Below are positions 9,349 to 21,132 of a stretch of 64,000 nt of DNA, one piece after another; position 1 is the stretch's first letter; every line of letters begins with the position of its first letter. This stretch comes from a candidate division FCPU426 bacterium (GTDB taxonomy: Bacteria > Oederibacteriota > Muellerivitia > Muellerivitales > Muellerivitaceae). A program made the translations under genes and the position numbers. The notes beneath the pieces were generated by a model, which was not told the origin of the DNA, searched no databases, and saw only the letters and a list, made by a program, of their open reading frames with translations. The stretch lies in the NCBI GenBank assembly GCA_963830915.1, contig CAWHOE010000051.1, positions 119,945-183,944 on the forward strand, read 5' to 3'.

Positions 9349-12236
9349 ATGAATATAAAGAAATTTATTAACCTGAGCATTCTTTCGTTATTGATGATAT
9401 CGCCCGTGAATATGGCTTTCGGAGGCCCCGCGGTCGAGATAACCGATACCACCACCCCACCTCAAATCGATGGGGATCTTTCGGATTGGACCATACCTCC
9501 TGCGGTCATTCTGGATAAAAAAGAACAAGTTGTCCTTGGACAAAATGATTGGACCGGACCTGATTATGCCAGCGCCAAGATATACCTGACCTATGATCAA
9601 AAAAATCTTTATATCGGTGTTGATATCAAGGATAAAACTCCCCAATACAACGGCCAAGATGCCAGCGGTATTTACAATGGCGACGCTATGGAATTCTATG
9701 TGGGTACTGACCTTACCGACACCAAGAGAACCGCTTATGCTCCAACGGATGTCCAATTTTTTATCTCGCCGGGCAAATATGGGGAAAATGCAGTGGTTTA
9801 TTCAGCCACGGACAAAGGTAAAATCCCAGATTCACAAGTCGCGACTAAAGCCACTGCGACTGGCTACACCCTCGAAGCGTCAATTCCCCTAAAGTATTTT
9901 TACAAGATAAACGTGGGCCCGGGCAAAACCATTGGGTTCGATGTAGGTTTAGACGATGTTGGTTCCGCCGCGAAGGTGCGAACCCTCCAAATGACTTGGA
10001 CCCAACAGGACAAGAGCTGGCAAGATCCCTCGCAATGGGGAACGCTGACATTCAAGGGCGACACAGTTTATCTGAATAAAGAACCTAAATTGTCGATGCC
10101 CGGTTCGGTCCAAGTAGAGACGGATCCGCCGCTGGGCGAAAGAATGCTTCCACGCTTGGTACCCTAATCTGGGGTTTCAATGGGGATTTGGGTGGATTCA
10201 CTGGAGCGGTTACTCAGGAGACGACCATAGTAAGCGAAGGAACAGGTTCGTTGTCGGTTAATACGGATGGCTCCTCGGGTTGGAATCAAAATCTTGCGGT
10301 ATGTACGAGTATCCCCATTTCGGAAAAATGGGTGGATTTCAAGGCGATCACAATGGATGTTTATTTCCCGGTGGGTAGCCTTGCCAAAGCGTCTTACGGG
10401 GAAGTCTATCTGATCACTCAAAGCCCCGCTAATAATTGGTACGAGATAAAAATGGGTGTGCATGAGGGTTGGAATCATCTCCGAACGGAGGTTGACGGGA
10501 CCCAGTTCAAGGGCGGCATTACTAAAGTTTACATGGTCTTCAATTCGGGTGGCCCGATCAAAGGTTCGGTCATAGTCGATAATATTAGAGGAATAGCAAA
10601 AGGCGCGGCCACTGTTCTGAAGGGAACAGTTACGAATAAATCGGGAGCACCGATTTCGGGAGCGATCGTAGCTGTCGCAAAAAAATTGGTTAAGTCAGGT
10701 CAAGATGGAACTTTTAACATCGATCTACCGGAAGATGATTATATCGCTGAAGTATTCAAACCAGGTTATGAGGCTTACAAGGAAAACCTGAGGGTTTCAG
10801 CTTCCAAAGAAAATGTGTGGACTGTCAAAATGAGTTCTAATACATCGGTTCCACACTCGGCGATCGCGGATATTTTCTTCGATAAAAAGGTGCGTACGAT
10901 CGATCCGCATTACATGTTTGGTAATAACATGGCGGCTTGGTATGATCCCAAGTGGGTTTCCGATCCGGTCGGGGTCAAAAAAATAACAGCCATTTCAAAT
11001 TATATCCGTGTTCCGGGCGGAGCTTACGGGAACGTCTGGAATTGGAAAACCGGCGAGGTGTTCCGTAAGGATGGAGTAAGTGTTCAATGGACTCCTGATT
11101 TTAAATGGGCCGGAATGGTCGATTATTTGAAGAAAACCAATTCCGAACCCATGTTAATCGCCAACATTATGACGATGGATGTCCAAAATTGCCTGGATTG
11201 GATCGCTGATGCCAAGGCCAAAGGCTTGACCGTGAAATATGTTGAGTTGGGCAATGAACCGGATTATGAAGCGGATCTGGCATATAAAGGGCAGACTCAA
11301 TATTGGACGGTCATTGATAACTATTGCGAACATTATTTGGAATTCGCCAAGGCGATTAAGGCCAAATATCCTGATATCAAACTGATGGGGCCAACCCCCG
11401 CTCAAGTGGAGAATCATGAACGAAAAGAAGGGGCACCTTGGTTAGCTCCGGCAAGCGCGCCTTGGTGGGTCGAACGATTCCTGGAAAAGTGCGGGCCTTA
11501 TGTCGATGTAGTTTCGGTCCATAGTTATCCCTATTGGAGCAATGACAGCGACCTGAACTTGATGTCCAAAACGAATCATTGGGCAGAATTTATCCCAAAA
11601 ATACGAGAATCGATCAAGAAAAACATACCTGATCGAGCTGATCAGATCGAGATCGCGGTAAGCGAATGGAATTCTGGCGATGAGAATTCAACGACTGCTC
11701 GTTTGATAAACGGCATTTTTTGCGGTGATTACCTTGCTCAAATGATGCTGTACGGAGTAAGCCAGACAAATATTTGGGATATGTACACCCAAAAGCCTGG
11801 GCAAGGTGGTGGCCATGGGGTTTTGGATCCAGTGAACGATCCCGACCGACCTTTCGCGGAAAGATGTTCTTACTGGGCTATTTATATGTTGGAAAGGTAT
11901 TTCGGAACGACCCTTTACAACGCAAGAACGAATGTCGATGAGATGGATGCTTACGCGAGTTCCAAGGGTGGGAAGAAATATTTGATGTTCGTAAATAAAG
12001 ACTCAAAAGCCGCTTATAAAACAGCGGTCAATCTCGGGCCTTCTTTCAAGGGAAGGTTCAAGCTGGATGTTTACCAATTCAGTTCTAAAGAGTATCAATG
12101 GAGCGAAAATCTTTATCGGGCAGTGATCAATTCTGGACCATCCCATTTGAAATGTTCTCAAGTGGTTAAAAACAGGTTCGAATATACATTTCCGCCTTTT
12201 TCGATCACTTGTATAGAGATGACGCCGACGAAATAA
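9349..12236 (+). CDS. secreted modular glycoside hydrolase (signal peptide, CBM9-like, beta-sandwich, carboxypeptidase-regulatory-like, clan GH-A catalytic domain); split by a -1 frameshift near 10127
   Basis: ORF 9328-10167 has PQIDGDLSDW...YTLEASIP...GFDVGLDD (CBM9-like). ORF 10188-12236 has RVPGG, VELGNEPD, IAVSEWNS. The second frame is open from 10089 and reads AAGRKNASTLGTLIWGFNGDLGGF. Confidence 0.75.
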
Positions 12237-12351
12237 CTAAAAGCCCTTCCAAAAGGCTCCTTTAACCAAGAAACTGACAAATTTCTTGGAGCGGTAAAAC
12301 CCGTGTGTTAAATTGTTTTTATTGAGTTTTTCCCCTAAGGAGCCTTTCACG

Positions 12352-14433
12352 GTGTCCGAAGACAAAGCTGTCCTTATCAAGACTGCTTATTCCTATTATC
12401 AAAAAGGCGATTGGGACCGAGCTATTGAGGAGTATCACAAGCTCGCGATTTTGGATCCCAAAGATCTTAACGTCCATAATATGTTAGCTGATATTTATGC
12501 AAAAAAAGGCGACATACCCGAAGCACTCCAACAATACGACCTGGTAGCCCAAGGATTTGACCAGAAGAACCAGGTAGACAAGGTTCTCCAGGTTTATAAA
12601 AGGATGTTGAGGCTAGTACCTAACGACCCGGACCTAGTGACCGCGGTTAAAAATTTGGTGGATAAATACCTGGATCGCGCCTCAAAAGCAGAGGAAGAAG
12701 AACCTGAAAAAGCCATCGAGATATATCGTTCAATTTTGAAAGCCGAACCCAGCCGTTTAGATGCCAATTTCCAATATTCCAAACTTCTGATGAAAAAGGG
12801 CCAGAAATTCGAGGCCATTGAGACATTAATGAATTTGGCTTCAGTTTTAGATCCTGCTACCCAGACTGGCAGGCTCGCCGAAGTCCTTCAAATGATCGTG
12901 GACTTTGACCCCATGAACATCGAAGCCCGCGAGAATCTGGCCGATTTACTGATCCAAGCCCGTCAGACCGAAGCGGCTATCAAGAACCTTCAGGATTTGA
13001 TCGAGCTTTACATCCGCAAGAATGATTTTATCAAGGCGGAGGAAATCGCTCGAAAGACCATCGAACTAGGCGATCAGAATACCTATTACCACCTGGGAGT
13101 AATTTACTTTAACCAACAAAAATATAATGAAAGCAAAGGAGCTTTTGAAAAGTTCCTGACCCAACAAGAAGCCCATGTGGGCGCTTTGAAATACTTAGCG
13201 CTTGTATTTATCCGACTGAATCAGAACCAACAAGCTGTCCAGATCTATCTTCGAATTCTAGATGTTTATTTTAATGAGAACCTTTTGGATGAGGCGCGTG
13301 AAGTAAGACAAACCATTTTGGATCTCGATCCCCAAAATACTAACGTAATGCAATACCCGCTGAACCAGAATTTGATTCCTCCAGAACCAATTATTGAGGA
13401 AACTTCTCTGCCAGAAGCTCCTCAGGAAAATCTTGATACGGCATTGGAAGAACAGGAAATCCAGGATTATTTTCTTCAAGCCCAATCCTATTCGGAAAAA
13501 GGGCTTTATGAACAGGCGATCGACCTTTACCTCGATATGTTGAAAAGATGGCCCCAACTTCCTGATATACGTACCCGGCTTCAACAAGTTTATGCCCTTA
13601 TGGCTCGTTCAGTTGAACCCGTTGAAAAGTATCCCTCGCCCGAGGAGATCAAAACCGAATTGGAAAAGGAATTAAGGGAGCAAATGCGGCGTGAATTGGA
13701 AGAACAAGCCCGGCAAACCAAGGAAATACAAAATGAAATGGACCGCAAACGGGAAATGGACCAAATGAGACTAAAACAGGAACTGGAATCGAAGCTCTTG
13801 GAACAGGTCCATCGGTCTAAAGAGGATGAACTTAGAATTCAAATCACCAGGGAGTTTGAGGAAAAGCAAAGATTATTGGCACTGGAAAAGGAAAAATTGG
13901 AAAAGGAAACAGCCCAATCGTATGAGCTCCTAAAGGCCGAGTTGGAAGAAACTAAGGCATCCCTTGAGTCGAAGATACGGGAACAGATCGAAAGAGAGAT
14001 GAAAGAGAAGACCGAAAAAGAAGCACAGCGAGATAGTCAGATCCACGCCGCAATGCAAGAAGAAGAGCTGAAAAGACAGCAATATGACCTTCAAAAGAAA
14101 GAACAAGAAGCGGCTAAGGCAAAGATCAATCAAGAAATACATCAAGGCATGGAACGTCTTAGGATGGAAAAAGAAAAAGAAAGTAAAATTCAACCAACTG
14201 TAATTTCCGCTCAACCGCCAGAAGGAATAGAAAAAGAAACATCTAAAAATACATCCCCGTCAAAAGAAGTATTAGATGATCCGTTTATACGGCAGACCCT
14301 TGCGGATATTTACGCCAAACAAGGGCTCTATATGGAGGCGCTTAAAATATATGAACGAATACTTAATGACGAACCAGATAATCATGATGTCAAAGAAAAG
14401 CTTCGTGATATCTTGCGTATGAAAGGTATTTAA
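12352..14433 (+). CDS. TPR-repeat protein with long coiled coil and C-terminal TPR
   Basis: Multiple TPR motifs, E/K/Q-rich coiled coil, TLADIYAKQGLYMEALKIYERIL; GTG 12352 follows SD AAGGAG. Confidence 0.8.
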   Translation: MSEDKAVLIKTAYSYYQKGDWDRAIEEYHKLAILDPKDLNVHNMLADIYAKKGDIPEALQQYDLVAQGFDQKNQVDKVLQVYKRMLRLVPNDPDLVTAVKNLVDKYLDRASKAEEEEPEKAIEIYRSILKAEPSRLDANFQYSKLLMKKGQKFEAIETLMNLASVLDPATQTGRLAEVLQMIVDFDPMNIEARENLADLLIQARQTEAAIKNLQDLIELYIRKNDFIKAEEIARKTIELGDQNTYYHLGVIYFNQQKYNESKGAFEKFLTQQEAHVGALKYLALVFIRLNQNQQAVQIYLRILDVYFNENLLDEAREVRQTILDLDPQNTNVMQYPLNQNLIPPEPIIEETSLPEAPQENLDTALEEQEIQDYFLQAQSYSEKGLYEQAIDLYLDMLKRWPQLPDIRTRLQQVYALMARSVEPVEKYPSPEEIKTELEKELREQMRRELEEQARQTKEIQNEMDRKREMDQMRLKQELESKLLEQVHRSKEDELRIQITREFEEKQRLLALEKEKLEKETAQSYELLKAELEETKASLESKIREQIEREMKEKTEKEAQRDSQIHAAMQEEELKRQQYDLQKKEQEAAKAKINQEIHQGMERLRMEKEKESKIQPTVISAQPPEGIEKETSKNTSPSKEVLDDPFIRQTLADIYAKQGLYMEALKIYERILNDEPDNHDVKEKLRDILRMKGI

Positions 14434-14744
14434 TAGAAACATTAGCTTTTTCGCTTTTGGTTGAATTAAAAAAATATGTTTCTCATTGTGGTGGGAAGGG
14501 CTTGATTTATTACTCAAAGGTAGTAATTCATTCCAGAAAAAACGCTTTTTGCTATGTTTTGCCAATGATTTTCTTAAGAAAATCGGTTTAGTAAAACAAA
14601 ATTATCTAAATTTCCAATAATAAACTTAGAAAGAATTCTGTCAAATTCCCCACTTTTTTAACGTTCTGATGACAGTTTTAATAAAAAATCATTAACTTTT
14701 TGAGCCAAAAAAGTCGTTTTTTGTGATATTTTATGGCGATTGTA

Positions 14745-14761
14745 TTGGCACCCATTTTGCT
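14745..14761 (+). promoter_or_regulatory. sigma54 (-24/-12) promoter
   Basis: TTGGCACCCATTTTGCT, with GG at 14747-48 and GC at 14759-60, matching TGGCAC-N5-TTGC. Confidence 0.8.
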
Positions 14762-14798
14762 TATTCATTAACTCAAATTTCAAATCCGGGGGCAGAAA

Positions 14799-17111
14799 AT
14801 GAATTCTTGGCGCTCATTCATGAAAATGTTGATGATCTCTTTGCTGGGGGGGACCGCAGTTTTCATAGGTTGTACCCGGCAAATTTCAGTACCTGTGAGC
14901 CCTGAGGCGGTCACTACTCTTTATACATCTACAGCTACCAGTACCCCTACGATTACCAATACACCTCTTGGCCCTACGAACACACCAACATTTACTTTTA
15001 CTTGGACTGGAACAAATACTTGGACTCCAACAAATACTTGGACTAATACTAACACCCCAACTGGACCGACAAACACATTCACTTGGACAGGTACTCCGAC
15101 CTGGACAGGTACCCCTACCTTCACATTTACGATTACTAATACTCCAACAATAACCAACACTCCTACCAATACTAATACTGGTATCCCGAACACTAATACA
15201 TTTACAAATACTCCAACAGTACCGACCAATACTCCAACTAATACTCCGACTGCTACACCCAATCCTTTTATGATCGCTGACTTTGAGGAGGGTGGGGCCC
15301 AAGATGTTACTGGAACCCCAGCAAATCTAAGCGGATATTGGTACAGCGTACCCAGTAGCGATACAACTGAATTGCCCGGGACAACATTCACTCTAACTTC
15401 TCCAGGTTACAATTCGTCCAATTGCGCGGCTGTTTCTGGGACAACTGGTACCACCGCACCTGTATACGCCAAGTTGGCTGGAGATTTCACTAATCCCGCT
15501 GCTCCTATTAACCTAAATACAGCGGCCCCTGGTGCAAATGCGTTTGTTTTCTACATTAAGAGTGCTGGTGGGTTGACTTCCCAAGTTTGGTTCTCCGTGG
15601 AAGACTCAACAACAGCTTCTACTTCGGATTGGGCAGGTTCCTATGTGCCTGTAACATCTGGATGGACCGCTGTAACAGTTTGCTTTAATCACATGCAAAG
15701 CCAAGGATGGGGCAGCCCAGGCCATATGTTAGATGTGACTACGGCCCAAAGCTTCTCTTGGGAAATTACGGCTCCTTCAACTGCCTTCAACATACAGGTA
15801 GATAATTTCCAGTTTGCCACGGTAGCTGGAGCCCTTTGCCCAGCATTTACCGCGACTCCTACACCCAATCCGTTTTTAATCGATAATTTTGAAGCTGATA
15901 CAAACCAATTGCCGGCGAATGCTGGTAGGAATGGTTATTGGGCCACTTATGTGGATCCCAATGGTTCAACCATTACACCCGCTGCTGGTTCAACGTTTGC
16001 GCCAGTTTCTCCGGGGAATGGGACTTCGAACTTTTGCGCTAATATAAACGGTACCCAGGCGCCTCCAAGCGCGGGATATGCCAGCACCTATGCTGGTCTT
16101 AGCGTCAATTTTGTTAATCCTAAAGGACCCTATAACATCACAACCAGTGTTCCAGGAGCAACTGGGGTTGCTTTCTACATGAAAACTACTTACACCGGGA
16201 CTTGTTTTACTCCCGCTGTAAGATTTTCCATAACGGATGGAACTACTGATTCCTTGAACGACGGAAATGGAGTGGATCTTACTCTACCCACACAGGGGAC
16301 TTGGACACCTGTTACCGTCTTCTTCAACCAGATGATGACCACCGGAGCATCGGTATCTCAAACACATGTGTTTGATGCAACAACGGCCACCTCCATGAAG
16401 TGGCAGTTCCAACAGGAAGGTGCGGGTTACAATATTTCAATCGATGACATCTACTTTGTTACCACAACACCTCCAACAGCGGCGGTGCCGCCAACTTGGC
16501 CGGTAGCTCTAATTGATGATATGGAGGGTGGGACTAACCAAATCCTTCTTAATGGTCAAGGTGGAGTGACACGAGGTGGATATTGGTACTCGGTTGTCGA
16601 TCCATTCGGAAGCACGATTTGTCCGCCCGCAGCGTCTCCAAGCGCTCCATTCATCATGAATTCGCCTGGTTATCCGTCCTCGCCTTACGGTGGAAACTAT
16701 TGCGCCCGTATTTCAGGAGTAATAGCGGCTCCTTGCGGTCCACCGTATTCAACTTGCCCATATGTAGAAATGGGGTTCAACTTCTTGAATCCGCAAGGAC
16801 CATACAATATATCTACATATGGATATACCGGGATCGAATTTTACGCGAAAGCTGCGACTGCCGGAACTTCGGTTGCTATTGGGATCAGCGATGCCACAAC
16901 AATCCCGTCAAGCGATGTTAACTCATTTACTAACAGTTACACGACATCGTGGGCTTTATATAAAGTGACTTTCGCTTCGATGGTAACTGGTGGTTGGGGT
17001 GTGCCAACGACACATGCACTTGATACCACTACAATAACAGCCGTAACCTTTAAGGACACAACGGGTAGCACAACCTACGACTTCTCGGTTGATGACATCT
17101 CGTTCTATTGA
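14799..17111 (+). CDS. lipoprotein with Thr/Pro-rich stalk and three tandem CBM11/CIA30-like domains
   Basis: Lipobox VFIGC; TNTPT repeats; three repeats from (M/L)I(A/D)(D/N)(F/M)E...GYW to (V/I)D(N/D)(F/I)xF. Confidence 0.72.
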   Translation: MNSWRSFMKMLMISLLGGTAVFIGCTRQISVPVSPEAVTTLYTSTATSTPTITNTPLGPTNTPTFTFTWTGTNTWTPTNTWTNTNTPTGPTNTFTWTGTPTWTGTPTFTFTITNTPTITNTPTNTNTGIPNTNTFTNTPTVPTNTPTNTPTATPNPFMIADFEEGGAQDVTGTPANLSGYWYSVPSSDTTELPGTTFTLTSPGYNSSNCAAVSGTTGTTAPVYAKLAGDFTNPAAPINLNTAAPGANAFVFYIKSAGGLTSQVWFSVEDSTTASTSDWAGSYVPVTSGWTAVTVCFNHMQSQGWGSPGHMLDVTTAQSFSWEITAPSTAFNIQVDNFQFATVAGALCPAFTATPTPNPFLIDNFEADTNQLPANAGRNGYWATYVDPNGSTITPAAGSTFAPVSPGNGTSNFCANINGTQAPPSAGYASTYAGLSVNFVNPKGPYNITTSVPGATGVAFYMKTTYTGTCFTPAVRFSITDGTTDSLNDGNGVDLTLPTQGTWTPVTVFFNQMMTTGASVSQTHVFDATTATSMKWQFQQEGAGYNISIDDIYFVTTTPPTAAVPPTWPVALIDDMEGGTNQILLNGQGGVTRGGYWYSVVDPFGSTICPPAASPSAPFIMNSPGYPSSPYGGNYCARISGVIAAPCGPPYSTCPYVEMGFNFLNPQGPYNISTYGYTGIEFYAKAATAGTSVAIGISDATTIPSSDVNSFTNSYTTSWALYKVTFASMVTGGWGVPTTHALDTTTITAVTFKDTTGSTTYDFSVDDISFY
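14910..15260 (+). repeat. low-complexity Thr-Asn-Thr-Pro coding repeat
   Basis: Repeated ACN-AAY-ACN-CCN codons encoding TNTPT/TWTGT/TFTWT. Confidence 0.9.
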
Positions 17112-17140
17112 TCTAAAGAAGTTTTAAAGCAGTTCTCATT

Positions 17141-17177
17141 AGAAACCCGTTCCGTAAGGGGCGGGTTTCTTTTTTTT
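17141..17177 (+). terminator. intrinsic terminator
   Basis: AGAAACCCGTTCC-GTAA-GGGGCGGGTTTCT plus T7. Confidence 0.9.
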
Positions 17178-17216
17178 GACCTTGTTTTGATTTCTCGGCC
17201 TTCCCATAATGAATCC

Positions 17217-19205
17217 ATGCCATTCCAACTTATCTCTGATTACATACCGGCTGGTGACCAACCTCAAGCTATCGAAAAGCTTTCAAAAAATCTTGAGAAG
17301 GGAGCACCACACCAGACCCTTCTAGGGGTAACAGGTTCAGGTAAAACATTCACCATGGCCCATGTTATCCAAAAGGTACAACGCCCTGCTTTGGTGATTT
17401 CTCATAACAAAACCCTGGCGGCGCAGCTTTATAGTGAATTCAAGGAATTCTTCCCTAATAACGCCGTGGCCTATTTCGTCAGTTATTACGATTATTACCA
17501 ACCGGAAGCCTATATTCCTCATACGGACACCTTTATTGAGAAAGATGCCTCAATAAATGTTGAATTGGATCGTTTGAGGCTGGAAGCAACGGCTTTATTG
17601 CAGGAAAGAAAAGATGTCATTATTGTCGCTTCGGTGTCCTGTATCTATGGGCTAGGTTCGCCAGAACATTACAAGGAAATGCACTTGGTTGTTCGGGAAG
17701 GACAGGAAACTCAAAGGGAGAAATTCCTTCACGATTTAGTGGAGATCCAATACAACCGAAATGATATTGAATTTTCCCGGGGGAAATTCAGGGTTAAAGG
17801 GGATGTGATTGAGATATTCCCGGCTTATGGTGAAAACCCTTTTCGAATTGAGTTTTTCGGGGACGAAGTTGAAAAGATTTCCGAGATAGACCCTGTGACT
17901 GGTAAATCCATGAATCGGAGGACTTTGTTACCCATTTATCCAGCAAAACATTATGTTATGCCTCAAACGGTATTAAAAAGGGCTGTGCAAGACATTCAAG
18001 ATGAACTTAGGGATCGTCTGCAAGAGTTGAATCAAGCCAATAAACTGGTTGAAGCCCAAAGATTAGAACAGCGGACCCAATATGATCTGGAAATGATAGA
18101 AGAAATGGGATACTGCCAAGGGATTGAAAACTACAGCCGCCATTTTGAGGGCCGGAAAACTGGAGCACCGCCATACACACTTTTAGATTATTTTCCCAAG
18201 GATTTTCTGACATTTATTGATGAATCCCACGTGACTATCCCACAACTCAATGGCATGTACAATGGGGATTTTGCCAGGAAAAAAAACCTTGTGGATTTTG
18301 GTTTTCGGTTGAAATGCGCGTTTGATAATCGGCCATTACGGTATAAGGAATTCAATGAAAAGGTTGGACAGGTAATCTATGTTTCCGCTACTCCGAGTAA
18401 AGAAGAGATGGGATTAAGTAAAGGAAAGATTATTGAACAGGTTGTTCGTCCGACGGGTTTAATGGATCCCGAAATCGAGATAAGACCAGCTGTTAATCAG
18501 GTGGACGATTTGATAGGCGAAGTTCGGGAACGGGTCGGGAAGAAACAAAGAGTATTAATTACGACTCTTACGAAAAAAATGGCAGAGGATTTAAGCGGTT
18601 ATCTGAAACAAATGAACATAAAAGTAGCTTATTTGCATTCGGATGTGGAAACGCTAGATCGTATTAGGATCATCCGTGACCTTCGTTTGGGTAGTTATGA
18701 TGTTCTTGTCGGTGTCAATCTGCTTCGTGAAGGTTTGGATCTTCCTGAGGTAGGATTAGTGGCGATATTGGATGCTGATAAAGAGGGTTTTCTCAGGTCG
18801 GAAGTATCATTGATGCAAACTGCGGGAAGGGCTGCGCGAAACGTTGAAGGAAAAGTGATCTTTTACGCGGATAAAGAAACAGAGTCCATTCGAAAGACTG
18901 TCGTCGAAACCAAAAGAAGACGAACCCTTCAAAACGCCTATAATCAAAAACACGGAATCACTCCAACGACCATTAAAAAGCAGATTCGGGAGATCCTTTC
19001 TACTGTCTATGAGGCTGATTATTTCACCATTCCTTTGGCCGCGGAGAAAGAAGAAGATTACGTTATTCCGGAAGCTATTCCTAGGAAGATCGTGGCTTTG
19101 GAAAAGGAAATGCTGATTTTCGCCCAAAAGTATGAGTATGAAAAAGCGGCTGAATTAAGGGATCAGGTTAGGCAGTTAAGGGAAAGAATCAACAAACCGA
19201 TTTGA
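17217..19205 (+). CDS. uvrB: excinuclease ABC subunit B
   Basis: [47 protein letters not shown]-terminal UVR domain. Confidence 0.99.
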   Translation: MPFQLISDYIPAGDQPQAIEKLSKNLEKGAPHQTLLGVTGSGKTFTMAHVIQKVQRPALVISHNKTLAAQLYSEFKEFFPNNAVAYFVSYYDYYQPEAYIPHTDTFIEKDASINVELDRLRLEATALLQERKDVIIVASVSCIYGLGSPEHYKEMHLVVREGQETQREKFLHDLVEIQYNRNDIEFSRGKFRVKGDVIEIFPAYGENPFRIEFFGDEVEKISEIDPVTGKSMNRRTLLPIYPAKHYVMPQTVLKRAVQDIQDELRDRLQELNQANKLVEAQRLEQRTQYDLEMIEEMGYCQGIENYSRHFEGRKTGAPPYTLLDYFPKDFLTFIDESHVTIPQLNGMYNGDFARKKNLVDFGFRLKCAFDNRPLRYKEFNEKVGQVIYVSATPSKEEMGLSKGKIIEQVVRPTGLMDPEIEIRPAVNQVDDLIGEVRERVGKKQRVLITTLTKKMAEDLSGYLKQMNIKVAYLHSDVETLDRIRIIRDLRLGSYDVLVGVNLLREGLDLPEVGLVAILDADKEGFLRSEVSLMQTAGRAARNVEGKVIFYADKETESIRKTVVETKRRRTLQNAYNQKHGITPTTIKKQIREILSTVYEADYFTIPLAAEKEEDYVIPEAIPRKIVALEKEMLIFAQKYEYEKAAELRDQVRQLRERINKPI

Positions 19206-19233
19206 AAATCACAATAAATATCATGGAATAACC

Positions 19234-21030
19234 TTGGAAGATCTCAAAAAAATATCTTTATCTCTACCGGACTGTCCAGGGGTTTATCTATTCAAAAACT
19301 CTTTTGACACTGTTCTTTATGTCGGCAAGGCCCTATCCCTGAAAAAAAGGGTATCATCGTATTTCAATATAACGGCGCAAAGAAATCTTAAAATCAAAAC
19401 GTTGATCTCTAATGTGGATCATCTCGATACGATTCAAACCTCCGATGAGAATCAAGCGTTACTATTGGAATGCAATTTAATCAAGAAATATAGGCCGCGT
19501 TACAATGTTGTTTTGAGAGATGATAAAAGTTATCCTTATTTGAAATTAACGATCCAGGAAGCATTCCCGAGAATTTTCATCACAAGACGCCCCGCGCAAG
19601 ATGGTGCTCGGTATTACGGTCCATATCCTAATTTGAAATTGCGGGAAATTATAAAAATGATCTATCGTTATTTTAATATCCGGGATTGTGAAATTGAAAT
19701 AGACGGAAAAGCACCGCGGGCTTGTTTGAGTTATCAAATAAAACAATGCCCAGCACCTTGTATTGGTGTGATCAAATCAGATAAATATAAAAAACTGGTA
19801 AAAAATGTCGAATGGTTCCTGGAAGGGAAACATGAAAGATTAATTGACCATGTGAAAAAGGAAATGCTTGCCGCGTCAGAACGTATGGATTATGAGGAAG
19901 CGGCTAAAAATAGAAATTTGATTTCTTCCCTGGAACAATTGCAAAGTGGATATGCCGTAATAAGTGATGAAAGAAAAGATATGGATGTGATCGCTTTTGC
20001 TGAAGGATTGGGAAAAGTATTAGCGTCCGTCCTTAGAATTAGACAGGGTAAGGTACTGGATCATGTCCGATTTACATTAGAAAATGAATTAGAAGAACCA
20101 TTAAACAAGGTTTTCCCTGAGTTTATAAAACAATTTTATGTACCTGGCGTATTTATACCAGAAGAGATCATCACTTCCGATGAATTGGAGCCAGAACTTT
20201 GGATCGAAAAATGGTTAAGCGACAATAAAAACTGTAAAGTGATCATTAGTGCAGCTAATAATGGTTTAAAAAGAGAATTAATGGAAATGGCAGAAAAGAA
20301 TGTTCTATCTGCGTTAAAAGATGACCTCCAGCAGACAGAAGTATTAAAAGACATCAAAGGTTTATTGGGTCTGAAAACAATTCCCCGAGGTATCGCATGT
20401 TTTGATATTTCGACCTTGCAAGGGACTTTCACAGTTGGTTCGGCTGTGTTTTTCAAAGATGGAGTTCCGGAAAAGGACCGATATCGTAAATTCAAAATAA
20501 GGGAAATTAGTGGACAAGATGACTATCGAGCCCATCAAGAGATGATGCGTAGATATCTTCATTTAATTGAAAGGGAAGGGAATTCCTCACCGGATCTATT
20601 TTTAATAGATGGCGGGAAGGGTCAATTAAACGCTGTTGAAATGATCATTAAAGAAGTCTTAAAAGAAAATTATGGGTTAGCTTCTCTTGCGAAAAGAGAA
20701 GAAGAGGTTTTTATTCCCGGAAAAAGTAAGCCGGTTGATTTTAGAGGTCATCTAAAAGCCCGTTATTTATTGCAAAGGGTCCGTGATGAGTCGCATCGAT
20801 TTGCCGTGGGTTACCACAGGATCATACGGGACAGAAAAGCAATTACATCAATTTTGAAGGAAGTTAAAGGTCTTGGTCCCTCAAGGCTTAGATCTCTTTT
20901 TAATCATTTTGAATCGTTTAAGGAAATACAAGCGGCTGAAATACAAGAATTGGCTTCTGTCCAAGGCTTTTCTAGGGAATTAGCAACCGTACTACATCAG
21001 GTTTTACATAAAGAAAAAGTAAAACCCTAA
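19234..21030 (+). CDS. uvrC: excinuclease ABC subunit C
   Basis: PGVYLF...YVGKA GIY-YIG, FDIS, IDGGKGQL, RDESHRFA, HhH tail. Confidence 0.97.
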   Translation: MEDLKKISLSLPDCPGVYLFKNSFDTVLYVGKALSLKKRVSSYFNITAQRNLKIKTLISNVDHLDTIQTSDENQALLLECNLIKKYRPRYNVVLRDDKSYPYLKLTIQEAFPRIFITRRPAQDGARYYGPYPNLKLREIIKMIYRYFNIRDCEIEIDGKAPRACLSYQIKQCPAPCIGVIKSDKYKKLVKNVEWFLEGKHERLIDHVKKEMLAASERMDYEEAAKNRNLISSLEQLQSGYAVISDERKDMDVIAFAEGLGKVLASVLRIRQGKVLDHVRFTLENELEEPLNKVFPEFIKQFYVPGVFIPEEIITSDELEPELWIEKWLSDNKNCKVIISAANNGLKRELMEMAEKNVLSALKDDLQQTEVLKDIKGLLGLKTIPRGIACFDISTLQGTFTVGSAVFFKDGVPEKDRYRKFKIREISGQDDYRAHQEMMRRYLHLIEREGNSSPDLFLIDGGKGQLNAVEMIIKEVLKENYGLASLAKREEEVFIPGKSKPVDFRGHLKARYLLQRVRDESHRFAVGYHRIIRDRKAITSILKEVKGLGPSRLRSLFNHFESFKEIQAAEIQELASVQGFSRELATVLHQVLHKEKVKP

Positions 21031-21132
21031 AAAGTCAAAAATTTTACAAATCATAAAATTAATGTTATTATTCAATCAGGCCGTCAATTAAGTGACAATC
21101 TGGATATATACGACTTCGCCTAGAAATAGACC

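Noticed and set aside
14886..15391. Val/Gly-rich and Ser/Cys-rich minus-strand ORFs
   Set aside because: Shadows of the Thr/Pro repeat on the plus strand
21001..21028. dif site (TTATGTAAAAC on the minus strand)
   Set aside because: Only an XerD-like half matches, it lies inside uvrC, and gene orientation does not switch
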